Source of the DNA: a virus
Lineage: Duplodnaviria; Caudoviricetes
IMG/VR virus record: IMGVR_UViG_3300020120_000082
Coordinates: 64,001-128,000 of that record
Strand: one strand, 5' to 3'
DNA length: 64,000 nucleotides
Made by a program: the position numbers and the translations under genes. This document shows positions 30,834-41,119 of the stretch, piece by piece. The notes beneath the pieces were generated by a model. That model was not told the DNA's origin. It did no database searches and saw only the letters and a program-made list of their open reading frames with translations. How positions within the stretch are numbered: position 1 is the first letter of the stretch; the number at the start of each line of letters is the position of its first letter.

Positions 30834-31291
30834 TTTGCCCCTGCAACTTCCCCGCCGACCGCAAAATCAACAAATGTAGCCACGGCCTCTTCACAAGTCA
30901 GATCGAAATCCCAAACCAGATTTGAAAGCCAGCGAATATCCTTGAAGTCCCAGTAGATATAGTCCCGCTCGGTGCCCTCGTATTCATATGCGCCATGGAG
31001 TTCCAGATGCCCGTTGGTTCTGCCACCAAAGAATATCTTCCCGCCTGGATGTTTCTTCTCAAAATCATCCAGAACATCTTGCACAAATGAGAAGATCAGC
31101 GGATTTTCAAGCTCATCAAAGCAAGCGTTTTCCTCTTTGCGTGTCAACGGAAGATGGGTGATCTTTACCGTCCGAGAATAGTGCGGCTCGCTAAACATTC
31201 TCTCGGAATGGGTTGGATGCTTGAGCAAGAATTCGATCATGTCCTTGCGAGTCTGCGGTCTGCGACCAGAGAGATTGAGATAGTTGCTCAT
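30830..31291 (-). CDS. Phage hypothetical protein
   Basis: FGGRTNGHL motif. Confidence 0.7.
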   Translation of the reverse strand: MSNYLNLSGRRPQTRKDMIEFLLKHPTHSERMFSEPHYSRTVKITHLPLTRKEENACFDELENPLIFSFVQDVLDDFEKKHPGGKIFFGGRTNGHLELHGAYEYEGTERDYIYWDFKDIRWLSNLVWDFDLTCEEAVATFVDFAVGGEVAGAK

Positions 31292-31301
31292 CCTTGCCAT
31301 C

Positions 31302-32084
31302 CTAATCTTCTTGCCTCTTCAGTAGAGCAGCGGCACCGCCAATGAATGCAACGCACCAGGTAACGCTCAGAAATACAGCAATCACTACTGACCAGGTGTA
31401 ATTCCATTCCAGTCGGCCAAATAACTCCATCAGAAGTTGATAGATGACGAGCGGAAGAACAAACGTAACAGCTAGATAGACGCACATTATGATGCCAGCA
31501 ATGGCACCGATTTTCCAATCATCAAACAAACCGGGTTTATTCTTCATTTCGCCCTGATCTCCTTACTCGACATATATGTTCCTTCGGCAACTTCGGTCTT
31601 ATCTTTCTCGTAAGTGACAATGATGTCCTTGATGGTCACCGTATACTCACGTACCCAGCCATTCGGCTTGCAAATTTCTAACGCCCCCTCCACCGTGTTC
31701 CTACGCTCTCCGTCAGGGAAAACCAAATAAACAATCGTGGTTGATTTAGTCACGCGCTTGATCTTCTTCACTTTTTTCCCACTCCAGTTGCAGCATATTT
31801 TTCACTTTCACACCCTGGGACTGAAGAATGAGAACTTCCTTGGCCCTGGCAACGGCCTCGGCATGTGTTGGGTATCTGCCGTACATATCCAGGTCGTACT
31901 GAATGACTAGCGAGTTGGCTTTATATTTCTTCTTCTTGGGAAAATCCAAAACGTTGCAGAAATGACCGGTCGGCAAATGCTGTATAAATGTTTCGTAATC
32001 TGTCGACACGGTGATGCCATACGGCGCATGGCAGCGCTGGTATGGCCGGGAGATCTCAAAATCGCCATCGGATATTCGTGTCAT
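31302..32084 (-). other. Three small hypothetical genes (31302-31547 membrane protein, 31544-31771, 31746-32084)
   Basis: Coupled starts and stops. Confidence 0.6.
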
Positions 32085-32887
32085 GCCTGCTCCAGTCCGG
32101 GGAATTGCAACTGGCCCACGTCTATTTGATCCTGGGTGCTGACACGCTCTTCAATTTCTTGCGACTCTTCACCATCCACTGGCTCCATGTAACCCATGAA
32201 TTCCAATGCCTGCCTGACTTCTTCGTCCCTCGGATAATTCCCACCATCCTCCATGCAGGAAAAGTTGAATTTCTCCTCCATGACCTGCAAGACTTCACCG
32301 GCCAGTTTTCCAAGATCTGTATCATCTGGAAGCCATTCTTGGAATTCCATGCGCAGAACTTCTTCAGTCCACATGGTAGACTGCTCCCAGCAATACTCAC
32401 CCTCATGCTCATCGCACACCCATCCGTCATATTCAACTCCAACCCCGCCGTTGCCGCGATAGCCGGTATCCAGAAATGGATAGTCGTCAGTCAGTTCTCC
32501 GCCATAGCCACATTTCCATTTGAACGAGTAATCCAAATCCTTGACGACCGGTTCGGTGCCATCCACCCAGGAACCGTTGAAGAACTTGACGAACGTTGGA
32601 ATGTAATTGGTCGGCACTTCATCCCAAAGATTGTCATCCAGCGGAAACAGCAAGAACGTGTCGTAATTCCAGGGAATGCTGCTGTCTTCTGGATCGTTCA
32701 CGACCTTCTGAACCATGACCTGGTCCATCTTTGGACCATACCTTGGCTCATAGTGAGCGATGTTCCAGACCTGGTGGACAAACGTGCCATGATTGTTGTG
32801 CGTGGTCCCAACCAAAACATATTCCCACTGCCAGTGACACCCATCATACGGAGCGTGATGCTTGAATTCGAGAACCTTATATTCCAT
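32081..32887 (-). CDS. Acidic hypothetical protein
   Basis: 268 aa, strongly D/E-rich C-half. Confidence 0.75.
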   Translation of the reverse strand: MEYKVLEFKHHAPYDGCHWQWEYVLVGTTHNNHGTFVHQVWNIAHYEPRYGPKMDQVMVQKVVNDPEDSSIPWNYDTFLLFPLDDNLWDEVPTNYIPTFVKFFNGSWVDGTEPVVKDLDYSFKWKCGYGGELTDDYPFLDTGYRGNGGVGVEYDGWVCDEHEGEYCWEQSTMWTEEVLRMEFQEWLPDDTDLGKLAGEVLQVMEEKFNFSCMEDGGNYPRDEEVRQALEFMGYMEPVDGEESQEIEERVSTQDQIDVGQLQFPGLEQA

Positions 32888-33569
32888 TGTTCATCTCCTG
32901 AATGGCACCGCGTAACGCAGATTCTGCCGCTTTGCCTGGATCGAAACCATGCGGATCAATCTTGGGCAGCAGATTCCATTGGGACTTGTGAATCCACAGA
33001 GAGAAGTTGGTATCGAACTGGCCGCGACCATCTACTTTGAACAGGAAACGAGTAATGCCAGCAGCCCGCAGTTGCTTGGCAATCTTCTGCGGATCGTCAT
33101 CCATGCCAATGTGCAACCCAGTTTCAAAGTTGTGCTTGTAGCCGTCTTCCGGATTGTCGTAATGGATATAGCCCCTAGACTTCAAGCCCAGATCGAATGT
33201 CAAGGCATGGCGCGGATTGTTTTCCAGCCAGTCCAGATAATCATCTGGATCCGCCTTCAAGCACTTTTCGCAAACAGCGCTGACATCAAAGATGGCACCT
33301 TGCATGAGATCGCCATGGTAATCCGGAGTAGTCTTGAAGATTTCCTGGCAGCGATCACACTCCACCCATTCGTCGATACATTCGATGGCATATCCCCAGG
33401 ACTTGATCGTCTTTTCTTTCAGATCCATGATGTCCGGGAAGTCATTCCAGTCGGCCAGGAAAATACCGTGCTTGGGATTACCATAGCGCCGACTGTTGGC
33501 ATATCCCGGCGAGTAATTGACTTCGCCTGATGCGTTGATCTGTTCCAGAAACTCCTGCTTAGTAAGCAT
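32877..33569 (-). CDS. Phage hypothetical protein
   Basis: 230 aa, DEWVECDRC...CEKC...FETGLHIGMDDDP...GQFD. Confidence 0.8.
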   Translation of the reverse strand: MLTKQEFLEQINASGEVNYSPGYANSRRYGNPKHGIFLADWNDFPDIMDLKEKTIKSWGYAIECIDEWVECDRCQEIFKTTPDYHGDLMQGAIFDVSAVCEKCLKADPDDYLDWLENNPRHALTFDLGLKSRGYIHYDNPEDGYKHNFETGLHIGMDDDPQKIAKQLRAAGITRFLFKVDGRGQFDTNFSLWIHKSQWNLLPKIDPHGFDPGKAAESALRGAIQEMNNGI

Positions 33570-33576
33570 GATTCTC

Positions 33577-34086
33577 CTATTCCCAAAACAGCTTGACTTC
33601 GATATTCGGAATGGGCTCTAACAGATCCAGTTGCTTTTGAAATGCATCCCACTCAGCATTTGTTGACGGATTGTTGCGCTTGCGGGGCTTCTTACGCCAT
33701 CTGTCTACCCTGACATCATCACAGTCATTCAAGTCCAATGAGCCGCCGAAGAACTTGATCAGTCCCATGCCAATGTTCTGCCAGAATGGGTTGGCATTTG
33801 GAGACAGGCCCTTGGTTTCATAACGTCCAAACAGGGGGTACTCCCACTCGAAGAAGAACAGCGTGTGGTGATAAATCTTGCCGTCATCATCCAGCAAATG
33901 GATTTCGCAGTACGAGTCCATGGTCGGTCGATTAGCAATCTCGACTCGATCAACCTCGATCCAACTGGCTTTCTTATCCTGGGTTACATACCAATGCTTC
34001 GGATGACCAGCCAGAATTCCAATGACACTGGCCACATCCCGAACGCGGGTATCTCCCGGCAGTGTGATCCTGCAATCGACTCCCAT
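33577..34086 (-). CDS. Hypothetical protein
   Basis: Start MGVDC after AGGAGA. Confidence 0.7.
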   Translation of the reverse strand: MGVDCRITLPGDTRVRDVASVIGILAGHPKHWYVTQDKKASWIEVDRVEIANRPTMDSYCEIHLLDDDGKIYHHTLFFFEWEYPLFGRYETKGLSPNANPFWQNIGMGLIKFFGGSLDLNDCDDVRVDRWRKKPRKRNNPSTNAEWDAFQKQLDLLEPIPNIEVKLFWE

Positions 34087-34094
34087 GCTCTCTC

Positions 34095-34556
34095 CTATTG
34101 AAACATCGCGATCACAACAGAGCGAGTTCGCTCCCAATCTCGTTCATTCAACCCGTCTTCCCGAATAGGGCTCTCATCCGGGTAACAGGGAACAGGTGTT
34201 ACATAGGCGTTCAGGATGTAGCCATAGTCTTCGTCGACTATATCCCTAGAACTATCACTGAATGAAATGGCTGGTGCCAAGCCAAACTCAAATCCAGGAG
34301 CGCCGATGCTGCCCATCGTCTCAACGTCGTCAGCATAAATATTGCAATCGTTCTGGAACTTCAGGAATTGTTCTTTGGTCAGCCAGGCGCACATCTTGCG
34401 ATGCTTGCTGCCCTTGGTGAAGATGTCGTCGTAATCTCCACCGCTCATGCCACTGTCATCTTCGGTGATTGTCCAGGGGCGCATATTCTTAGGATAGAAC
34501 TGCTTGATATGCAGGTTCTTTGCACAGTCGATAGAATAGATCACGGAAAATCGCAT
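34095..34556 (-). CDS. Hypothetical protein
   Basis: Start MRFSV. Confidence 0.7.
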   Translation of the reverse strand: MRFSVIYSIDCAKNLHIKQFYPKNMRPWTITEDDSGMSGGDYDDIFTKGSKHRKMCAWLTKEQFLKFQNDCNIYADDVETMGSIGAPGFEFGLAPAISFSDSSRDIVDEDYGYILNAYVTPVPCYPDESPIREDGLNERDWERTRSVVIAMFQ

Positions 34557-35364
34557 CTCATCCTTCCCAACCAGCTTCTTCGTCTTCGTCATCCGGGTTA
34601 GCAACATGAACGAGATTGAGATCTTGTGCAATGCTCCCCAGGATTTCCCAGAAGCCAATCATGATGTAATCATTCTCGCCAAGATCCCTGGCGATGTTTT
34701 CCATCTCGGCATCCGACAGGCCAGAGCCGTCATACCCGATTGACAGAAAATCTTCCCGGCTAACAGACAGGCAGTGGAAAAACTCCGTAACACCTGTCTT
34801 AGTGCTTGGTGTGTCAGTTGTCATTCGCCATTCTCCAAGAGAAAGATCAGATCGTCGGCCTGAACAATCTCAACGTGCCCTATATTGCTGGCATCACCCG
34901 AATAATCCAGCCGCTCGCTGACTACAACAACCTGAGCCAAGCGTGGTGGATTGTTCGGATCGCCCCAAACAACTCCCTGTATCCAAGTCCACGAACGGCG
35001 GTCGTGCGCGTAGTAGATGCGAATGCGCATGCTCGGAACTAAATCCTTGCGCTCAATGGGTTTCATTTGGCCAACTCAACCTTATATTTTCTACACGCTT
35101 TGATTATTTCTTTCTCTGCCCAAATCAAATCGTGCGAGCCAAGACTTTCAATGTCAACCTTGATGGCAAATATCTTTCTGGCACCCCCGCATCCCTCCGG
35201 AGAGACGACCTCTGAAACCCAATCAAAATTTCTAACGAAATCCAGCATATCGTCCAGGCCATTGCGTGCCTGCATATGATCCCAGCCACCATCCGGCGTC
35301 TCGTAATCTGGATAGCCCTCCCAGTCAAAAACCAAAACAGCCTCTTGAAAAGTCCTTGGGTATT

Positions 35365-35985
35365 TCATTCTTCGCTTTCCAATGTCTCAACGGTTTCTTC
35401 GTCATCGTCTTCTTCGTCTTCCGGATTATCAATGGTGATGCAGAAGAATGTGTCCAGCGGATCCCCTTCGCCCTGTTCGATATATCCACCATGAGCGCTG
35501 GCTACATCTTCCAGAGCTTGCCAATATTCCTGATCCTGATAGGCTTCATAAGAGCCCAGGCCACCACACCGCGGACAAGAGAATTCTGGTTGAACTTGCT
35601 GCTCGATCTTGCGTTGAGCATCGATCTGGCCGATAAGTTCACTGGGCCATGCGGTATATTGCGGAAAGTTGGCCATTCCATATTCACGGAGCATCTGTAT
35701 GGCGGCTGTCACATCGGCATACTTCGCCGGATCGCTATGCTTATTCTTGACCTTGGTTTTCCCATGGCACATAGGACACAGATCAACGTTGCTGTTGGCC
35801 CAGGGCGTGTAATACTTACCGCTTGGGCTCAGACTCAGAATGCTGCCGATATACTCCGAGCCATAAGTCCCACCATCGCCCATGAAATCGTCAGCCTCTT
35901 GCGGATTTTCCTGGGCACTGGCGATGATGTTTTCCCAGTCCCACTTATTGATCTCGGCCCGATACTTCTCGTACAAAGTGCCCAT
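35365..35985 (-). CDS. Phage hypothetical protein with CxxCxG motifs
   Basis: LSPSGKYYTPWANSN, CPMCHG, CPRCGG; acidic tail. Confidence 0.78.
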   Translation of the reverse strand: MGTLYEKYRAEINKWDWENIIASAQENPQEADDFMGDGGTYGSEYIGSILSLSPSGKYYTPWANSNVDLCPMCHGKTKVKNKHSDPAKYADVTAAIQMLREYGMANFPQYTAWPSELIGQIDAQRKIEQQVQPEFSCPRCGGLGSYEAYQDQEYWQALEDVASAHGGYIEQGEGDPLDTFFCITIDNPEDEEDDDEETVETLESEE

Positions 35986-36204
35986 TTCTATCTCCCTTAG
36001 TCCAATGCGGAAATTTCGTCTGTAAGCTCTTTGAAGTCGTAGCGCGGATCGATCTCAACCTGGTATTTGCTGTTGCCAAGCCAATCGACCTGAACCACAC
36101 CGGGAATTGCCTTGAGAGCAACGGCGTTTCGGTTGTCTGTCCAAACATACAGCTTGTGAGGTGCAGACATTTCCCAGGTGGTTGCCTCTTTTTTGGTAGC
36201 CATC

Positions 36205-36471
36205 TCATTTTTCCTTTTTGATATAGCGCTTGTAAATATCTTCCAGCCGATCACTGAATGCTTCCAGGCGTTCCAATGTCTGCTCCTCAACCAACTCCCT
36301 GGCTACAAATTCGTGCTGAAAGTTAGTCTGGCAGGCCATGACCAGCAAACGCTTGGCCTCTTCCTCAGTGTCAACACTAAAGACTTGCAAGAAACCCGGC
36401 TCAACGCTTCGACCGAAGCGCACTACAACTGCTCAGAAAATCAGAATCGGGCGATCTAATTGGAAGCTCAT
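36205..36471 (-). CDS. Hypothetical protein with an internal in-frame TGA at codon 13
   Basis: ATGA-coupled start at 36471: MSFQLDRPILIF*AVVVRFGRSVEPGFLQVFSVDTEEEA... Confidence 0.55.
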
Positions 36472-36734
36472 TGTTTCTCCAGAATGGTGTCAGCGTCAGG
36501 AAATTCTTGCGTGGGGTCTTCGAAACGTGCGTAGGGATCGTCTTCAATCAGGATGGCAATGGGTGTGGGGAAATAGTCTTCCCCGTCATAGCCCATCATG
36601 CAGATCACTGGGCGAAAGTGGCCCTCTTCTTTGTCGTACAGCATCATGAGAGCCAAAGCATTCTGGTCAGCCGCCTTGAGCATGGTCTGGAAATTAGCCC
36701 TATGCCCAGCCGGAATAACGGGAATCGGATGCAT
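36468..36734 (-). CDS. DUF6117-like phage protein
   Basis: HRANFQTMLKAADQNALALM...DDPYARF pattern (from recall). Confidence 0.6.
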   Translation of the reverse strand: MHPIPVIPAGHRANFQTMLKAADQNALALMMLYDKEEGHFRPVICMMGYDGEDYFPTPIAILIEDDPYARFEDPTQEFPDADTILEKQ

Positions 36735-36765
36735 TACTTGTATCCTTTCGTATTCGCTTGTAGTT

Positions 36766-36796
36766 GTAATATTACTTCAATTGGAGCCAGAGTCAA
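36766..36796 (-). promoter_or_regulatory. Sigma70-like promoter with palindromic -10
   Basis: TTGACT-16nt-TAATAT within GTAATATTAC. Confidence 0.65.
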
Positions 36797-37528
36797 CGGG
36801 GAATTGCGGGTGAAAACTAGAACTTTTGAGCGCTTACAAACTGGCCCCAGAAGACGACAGCGCCCACTCGATCAGTTTTTCAACATCGAACAGGTTGATC
36901 TCGGCGTTCTGACCGGGGTGGAAGTTGACATAGAAAAAACTAAGTTCGTCGTCTTCGGTCAATTCCGACAGGCTCAGATCCAGGGATGCAGAGCTATCGA
37001 AACCCAATCCTTCGTGGAGCTTCAATTCAAACTCGTCGATGTCAAAGTCCTTGGCAGTGCCAGAGTACATAAACGTGACTTCTTGAACCTTAATCGGGAT
37101 TGCCATTGCATAGCTCCTTGTGAATAGCCATCAGTGCCTTGATGACACCAGACAGTTGCGCGTATCGATCCGTAGATGCGATCTGAATAGACACGCGCTC
37201 TTCCAGGTGTTCTTCAGAGTATTTCACCGCCCATTCGAAATACGCATCTGCGTCGTGCTTCAGGTCCACGTACAGGTGATAGACGATCATGACTGCCGGG
37301 TTGCCCAGGCCATAAAGATCGTTCAGAATCCAGGTTTCAATCTCCATATCGGCTCGCGATCTGATCCAGCTTTTCCAGGAACAGGGACACTTCGTTCAGG
37401 CGCAGCAGGCTCAGGCGAGCTTCAGGATCCAGATCATCCTGGGCATCCATCTCAAAGATCAGGATGTCGCGCACATACTGGGCCAGCCATCTTGAAACTT
37501 CAATGGAATGGGTTTTATTTGTCATGGT

Positions 37529-37828
37529 TTACCACTTCCAAATTTTCTTGAATGCATAGTCGGTTGGCGACCACTCCAGCAAATGCGGCATTGTGTAGAT
37601 TATGCTGAATTTCAGGCTACGCCCATCAGGAGCCACAATGTTGTCAATGTAATCCCAGTCGCCTGCATCATCGAAGATGGATCGGCAGCATTGGATGGTG
37701 ATACGCCAGCCATTCTCGGTAACCCAGACGCGATTGACACCATCACTTTCAAGCTCCGGCAGCAGCTTGATCATGCCGTAGTCGATGGCCTTCAACAGGG
37801 TGAGCGCCTCGTCTTCTTTTATCGTCAT
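37529..37828 (-). CDS. Hypothetical protein
   Basis: ATG 37828 after the palindrome and AGGAGA; GDWDYIDNIVAPDG. Confidence 0.7.
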   Translation of the reverse strand: MTIKEDEALTLLKAIDYGMIKLLPELESDGVNRVWVTENGWRITIQCCRSIFDDAGDWDYIDNIVAPDGRSLKFSIIYTMPHLLEWSPTDYAFKKIWKW

Positions 37829-37840
37829 TATGTCTCCTAG

Positions 37841-37856
37841 ATTCCAGATCTGGAAT
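37841..37856. repeat. 16-bp palindrome, copy 5
   Basis: Exact copy between stop and RBS. Confidence 0.9.
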
Positions 37857-37857
37857 T

Positions 37858-38052
37858 TCAATACGTCAGCACGAAATGGATCGGCAGCATTGGGATGATG
37901 CAAAAGTACAGGTCTAGCCGTGTTTCACCCCACTACTTTTTGCGCGTCCAGTACAACCCAACCCAGATATCCCTGGGCTCGAACAAAAGCCCAACAGACT
38001 GGTTAATCCCGTTCCACCGCCATATGTGAGAAGCTAATAGCTTTGGTGTCAT
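37858..38052 (-). CDS. Small phage protein with an internal in-frame TAG
   Basis: [40 protein letters not shown], ending in TGA immediately before the palindrome. Confidence 0.6.
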
Positions 38053-38677
38053 TTGATAAGCTCTGATCCAAGTTCTTGCGCCAGATACAGCATTAATCCC
38101 TCCAAGGTAAAGACTTCTTGCTCCAAACGGATACACTCGGCAATGATATGACTTCTCGTTCGAGAGAAGATTCTTCGGTTGGATTGATTGCCTGCCAATG
38201 CCAGGTTGTAGTTGTACAGCACCCATTGATAGTGCTTGGCAACCAAACTTAGGGTTTTATCTTCGCCCTGCTCCCACTCTATAGCAGTGGCGGATAGACC
38301 GGGATAGAAACGAAACCTAACCTCGGGGTGATCCATATCTAATCCTTTAGCTCTCCCAGGTTTCCCTGAACACGGTAGGGAATACCGTGCTGGTCAAACC
38401 ACTCAAAATACTGCTCGCGCCACATCAAAAGTCGAACCGAAACATCCCGCCGATCGATCCAGTAGAACATCAACTGGTGAATAGATTCTCGCTCGCCTGC
38501 CGTCAGCAGCCGCTTGGCCCCCCGCTTGGGCAGCGAAAAATCGCTGGCATTATGAGCCGAATGTGCGTTCAAGTGGCAATGAAGTATCTCATCCTTGATC
38601 GCGTCGATATCCGGAATTTGACCCACCATCAGATAGGTAAAGTTCTCGTATTCTTGCTCCGGCCATATCTTGGGCAT
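38049..38677 (-). other. Two hypothetical genes (38049-38336, 38339-38677)
   Basis: Contiguous; AGGAGA RBS on 38677. Confidence 0.6.
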
Positions 38678-39365
38678 AGTTTCTCCTGTGTCCTATTGGT
38701 AGGTATTGACATGATGTGGTATCATTCTCTCGTTGTTTGAGTGCCTGCACGCACAGTCGCTCAAAAAGCCCATTTAGTCTGGGCATCAGTGACCGTGCGT
38801 GCGGCTCTGGTGCTCATACTAAATGGGCTTTTTGTTTCTCAATCGCATAGTAATTGAGCACATTGCTCCCCTTTCGACCCGCTTGCTGGCAGGATAGAAC
38901 CGGAAGTCCAGCGACGTACAATAAATCCGCCAACTTCCAAAATATTCAACCGTTAAGACACTCCCACAGGTAAACGCGAGAGCGTAGGGTGCTATCAAGA
39001 GCGGGGCAGCCTGGCCCACGGCGCAATGACTGATAGTAAGCGGCGGCTAAAAGCGTGATGCAGAAACGATACTGCATGCCTCGGGTGAGTAGCCTGTAAA
39101 TTACTCCTGCGGTCGGTAAAATCACGGACTCCTCTTGCAAATGGCAAGCCCAATTGCAGGGAGAGTCCGCCTACACCAGCAATCGGTATATGTCCGGGTA
39201 ACCCCAGGCAGCGACTAAACATGAGCTTATGAATGACAAAGTAAAAAAGCAGGTGTTGTTAATTAAAGAGGTGGTGTGCTGAAAGTTTTTCAAATCTGGA
39301 GAGACTCTGATTTCCGAAATCTCTCAATCTGAAAAAACAATTTGAGCCCAAAAATTCGGCGCGGC

Positions 39366-40523
39366 TCATTTCACTTTCAACTCCTGCTCAACCCACAACT
39401 TGTTGTAGCGCTGCATTTCTTCTTCGTTCAGCACCATGTCCCATTCCCAGGCGTCTTCGCATTGTTCGCACACCGGGAAAGTGGTTTCGTCGTACAGATC
39501 CGTGTTCTCAATCAAGCATACTGGGCAAATCCATTTGACTTCGATCATTGATTGGCAATCTCGGCTTTCAACGCTATCCAGGCCTTGAGCGCGAATCGAC
39601 TATCCTGGTCTAACAGAATATTCAAAATGTCGTCGACCAGCTTGCGCGAGATGCTGTAGTAGTTATCAGGATTGCTCTGCTCTTCCAGCAGGATGGCCAT
39701 TTCAAGCTGCCAGTCATCCCAGGTGACACCCATCGACTCCAGGTATATGTTCCAGGCGAGCTTGAATGCGTCCCAATCTTTCCTGGCCCCGCCACGATCC
39801 GTGATGCCATACAGCGGCGCAGTGATGTCGAACTGCTTCTGAATAGCAGCGAATGTTTCAGCAGACATAACATGCGAGTTGTCGGTTTCCATTTTCAGTC
39901 CTCGATCTTCATACCGCCATCAGCGATTATTTTCCTGAATCTCTTGTCGAAATAGATCAGGTCTTCAAAGCGCTGCACTTCGTTAATGTTCAAGTCGATC
40001 TCAAATACCGGCGAATGCATTTTGTTCCATTCTGCGCTGTTTACGCATGGCAGTCCGTCTAAGACGTGTACGATCCACTCGGCCTTTAATCTTAGATTCT
40101 CGTCGTATATGCCGCGGACATCGCACCAGTAGCCCATCTTGATTTGAAACACGGATCTTGGAAGTTGTGGCATGTTTTTCCTTAGCTGAACTGAGCGAAT
40201 TGATAGTTCTTGATCAAATCATCGAACCCAAACGGAGCTTCTGACCGCAGATGCTGAAAAACGTAGTCCCGATCCCAGGTATTTTCAAACAGCCGGAACA
40301 ATATTCCGTCGTCGTTGTCTTCGGCCAGAATCATTGGGCCATCATCATTGCTGTCGCTACTAATCATAAAGAAAAAACCGCCTGGCAATCCACCATGCCA
40401 GCATGATCCGCGAACCATGAATACCTGGTCCCGTCGTTTTCGACTGACATAGGCTTTACGCCACATTTCCCCATCAGGGAAATCTGCTACGTAAGCGTCG
40501 AACGTTTTGTAGTAATTCTTCAC
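39366..40523 (-). other. Four hypothetical genes (39366-39548, 39545-39892, 39895-40173, 40182-40523)
   Basis: Contiguous ORFs with RBS-like sequences. Confidence 0.65.
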
Positions 40524-40549
40524 GCCTGATCTCCTATAGTGTTTCCCAG

Positions 40550-40573
40550 TACGCCTGGCTGGATTCGAACCAG
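40550..40573 (-). pseudogene. tRNA 3' fragment (T-arm plus acceptor strand)
   Basis: CTGG-TTCGAAT-CCAG-C-CAGGCGT-A; the acceptor strand is complementary to the 5' fragment at 41149. Confidence 0.7.
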
Positions 40574-40580
40574 ATTAAAG

Positions 40581-40653
40581 TGCCCCAGACAGGGATTGAA
40601 CCTGCATCCTTGGAATTAGAAGTTCCACGCTCATCCAATTGAGCTACTGGGGC
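40581..40653 (-). tRNA. tRNA-Arg(TCT)
   Basis: GCCCCAG acceptor/CTGGGGC, D-arm GCTC..GAGC, anticodon arm TGGAA-CTTCTAA-TTCCA, T-arm GCAGG-TTCAATC-CCTGT; no encoded CCA. Confidence 0.93.
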
Positions 40654-40661
40654 GGATTATT

Positions 40662-41087
40662 TCACTTGGATTTGAAGCCGTTATATTTACCGCTACAATT
40701 TCTAGAGCAAAATGCTCGCTTGTAGCCTTTTGCCTTCGGGGAGTTCTTGGAGCTTCTACTGAATTCATTTCCGCAATTTGCACATACGAGTTTAATCAGA
40801 TCTCCATTTGGGAATCTTATTTTCATATGATACCTTTGGTGCTCACCCCTTGTTTTTATTTCAAGATTCGATGGTCTGTTATCGTGCTTGTTCTCGTTTT
40901 TGTGGTGAACATCCTCATATGGCTCAAGCATTCTTTGAATCTTATTTTCAAGTACGACTCGGTGAGCCAGTACATATCCATGCTCATTTGCTCTTGGATG
41001 TTCGGGAACAACAGCGTATAAATACTTCCCCTTCTTGACAATTTTTCGTATGATCCAGTTATTCCACATAGTATTTGCAACTCCCAT
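40662..41087 (-). CDS. HNH homing endonuclease
   Basis: HPRANEHGYVLAHRVV...VHHKNENKHDNRPSNL; C-terminal CANC...FCSRNC. Confidence 0.9.
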   Translation of the reverse strand: MGVANTMWNNWIIRKIVKKGKYLYAVVPEHPRANEHGYVLAHRVVLENKIQRMLEPYEDVHHKNENKHDNRPSNLEIKTRGEHQRYHMKIRFPNGDLIKLVCANCGNEFSRSSKNSPKAKGYKRAFCSRNCSGKYNGFKSK

Positions 41088-41119
41088 TGCTCTATCCTAC
41101 AACGGGAATTGCAAATACA

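Noticed and set aside
32042-33040. Long plus-strand ORFs (also 30156-30956, 35266-36000, 54880-55536 and others)
   Set aside because: Antisense shadows of well-formed, RBS-bearing minus-strand genes, with no recognisable motifs.
38819-39222. tmRNA (PYALAF resembles a tag ending) or protein-coding ORFs
   Set aside because: No stop follows the tag-like peptide and no tRNA-Ala-like ends were found. The ORFs lack RBS and have non-coding-like composition.
28328-39736. Diversity-generating retroelement TR/VR pair
   Set aside because: Mismatches are not confined to adenines of one copy, are mostly synonymous, and no reverse transcriptase is in the window.
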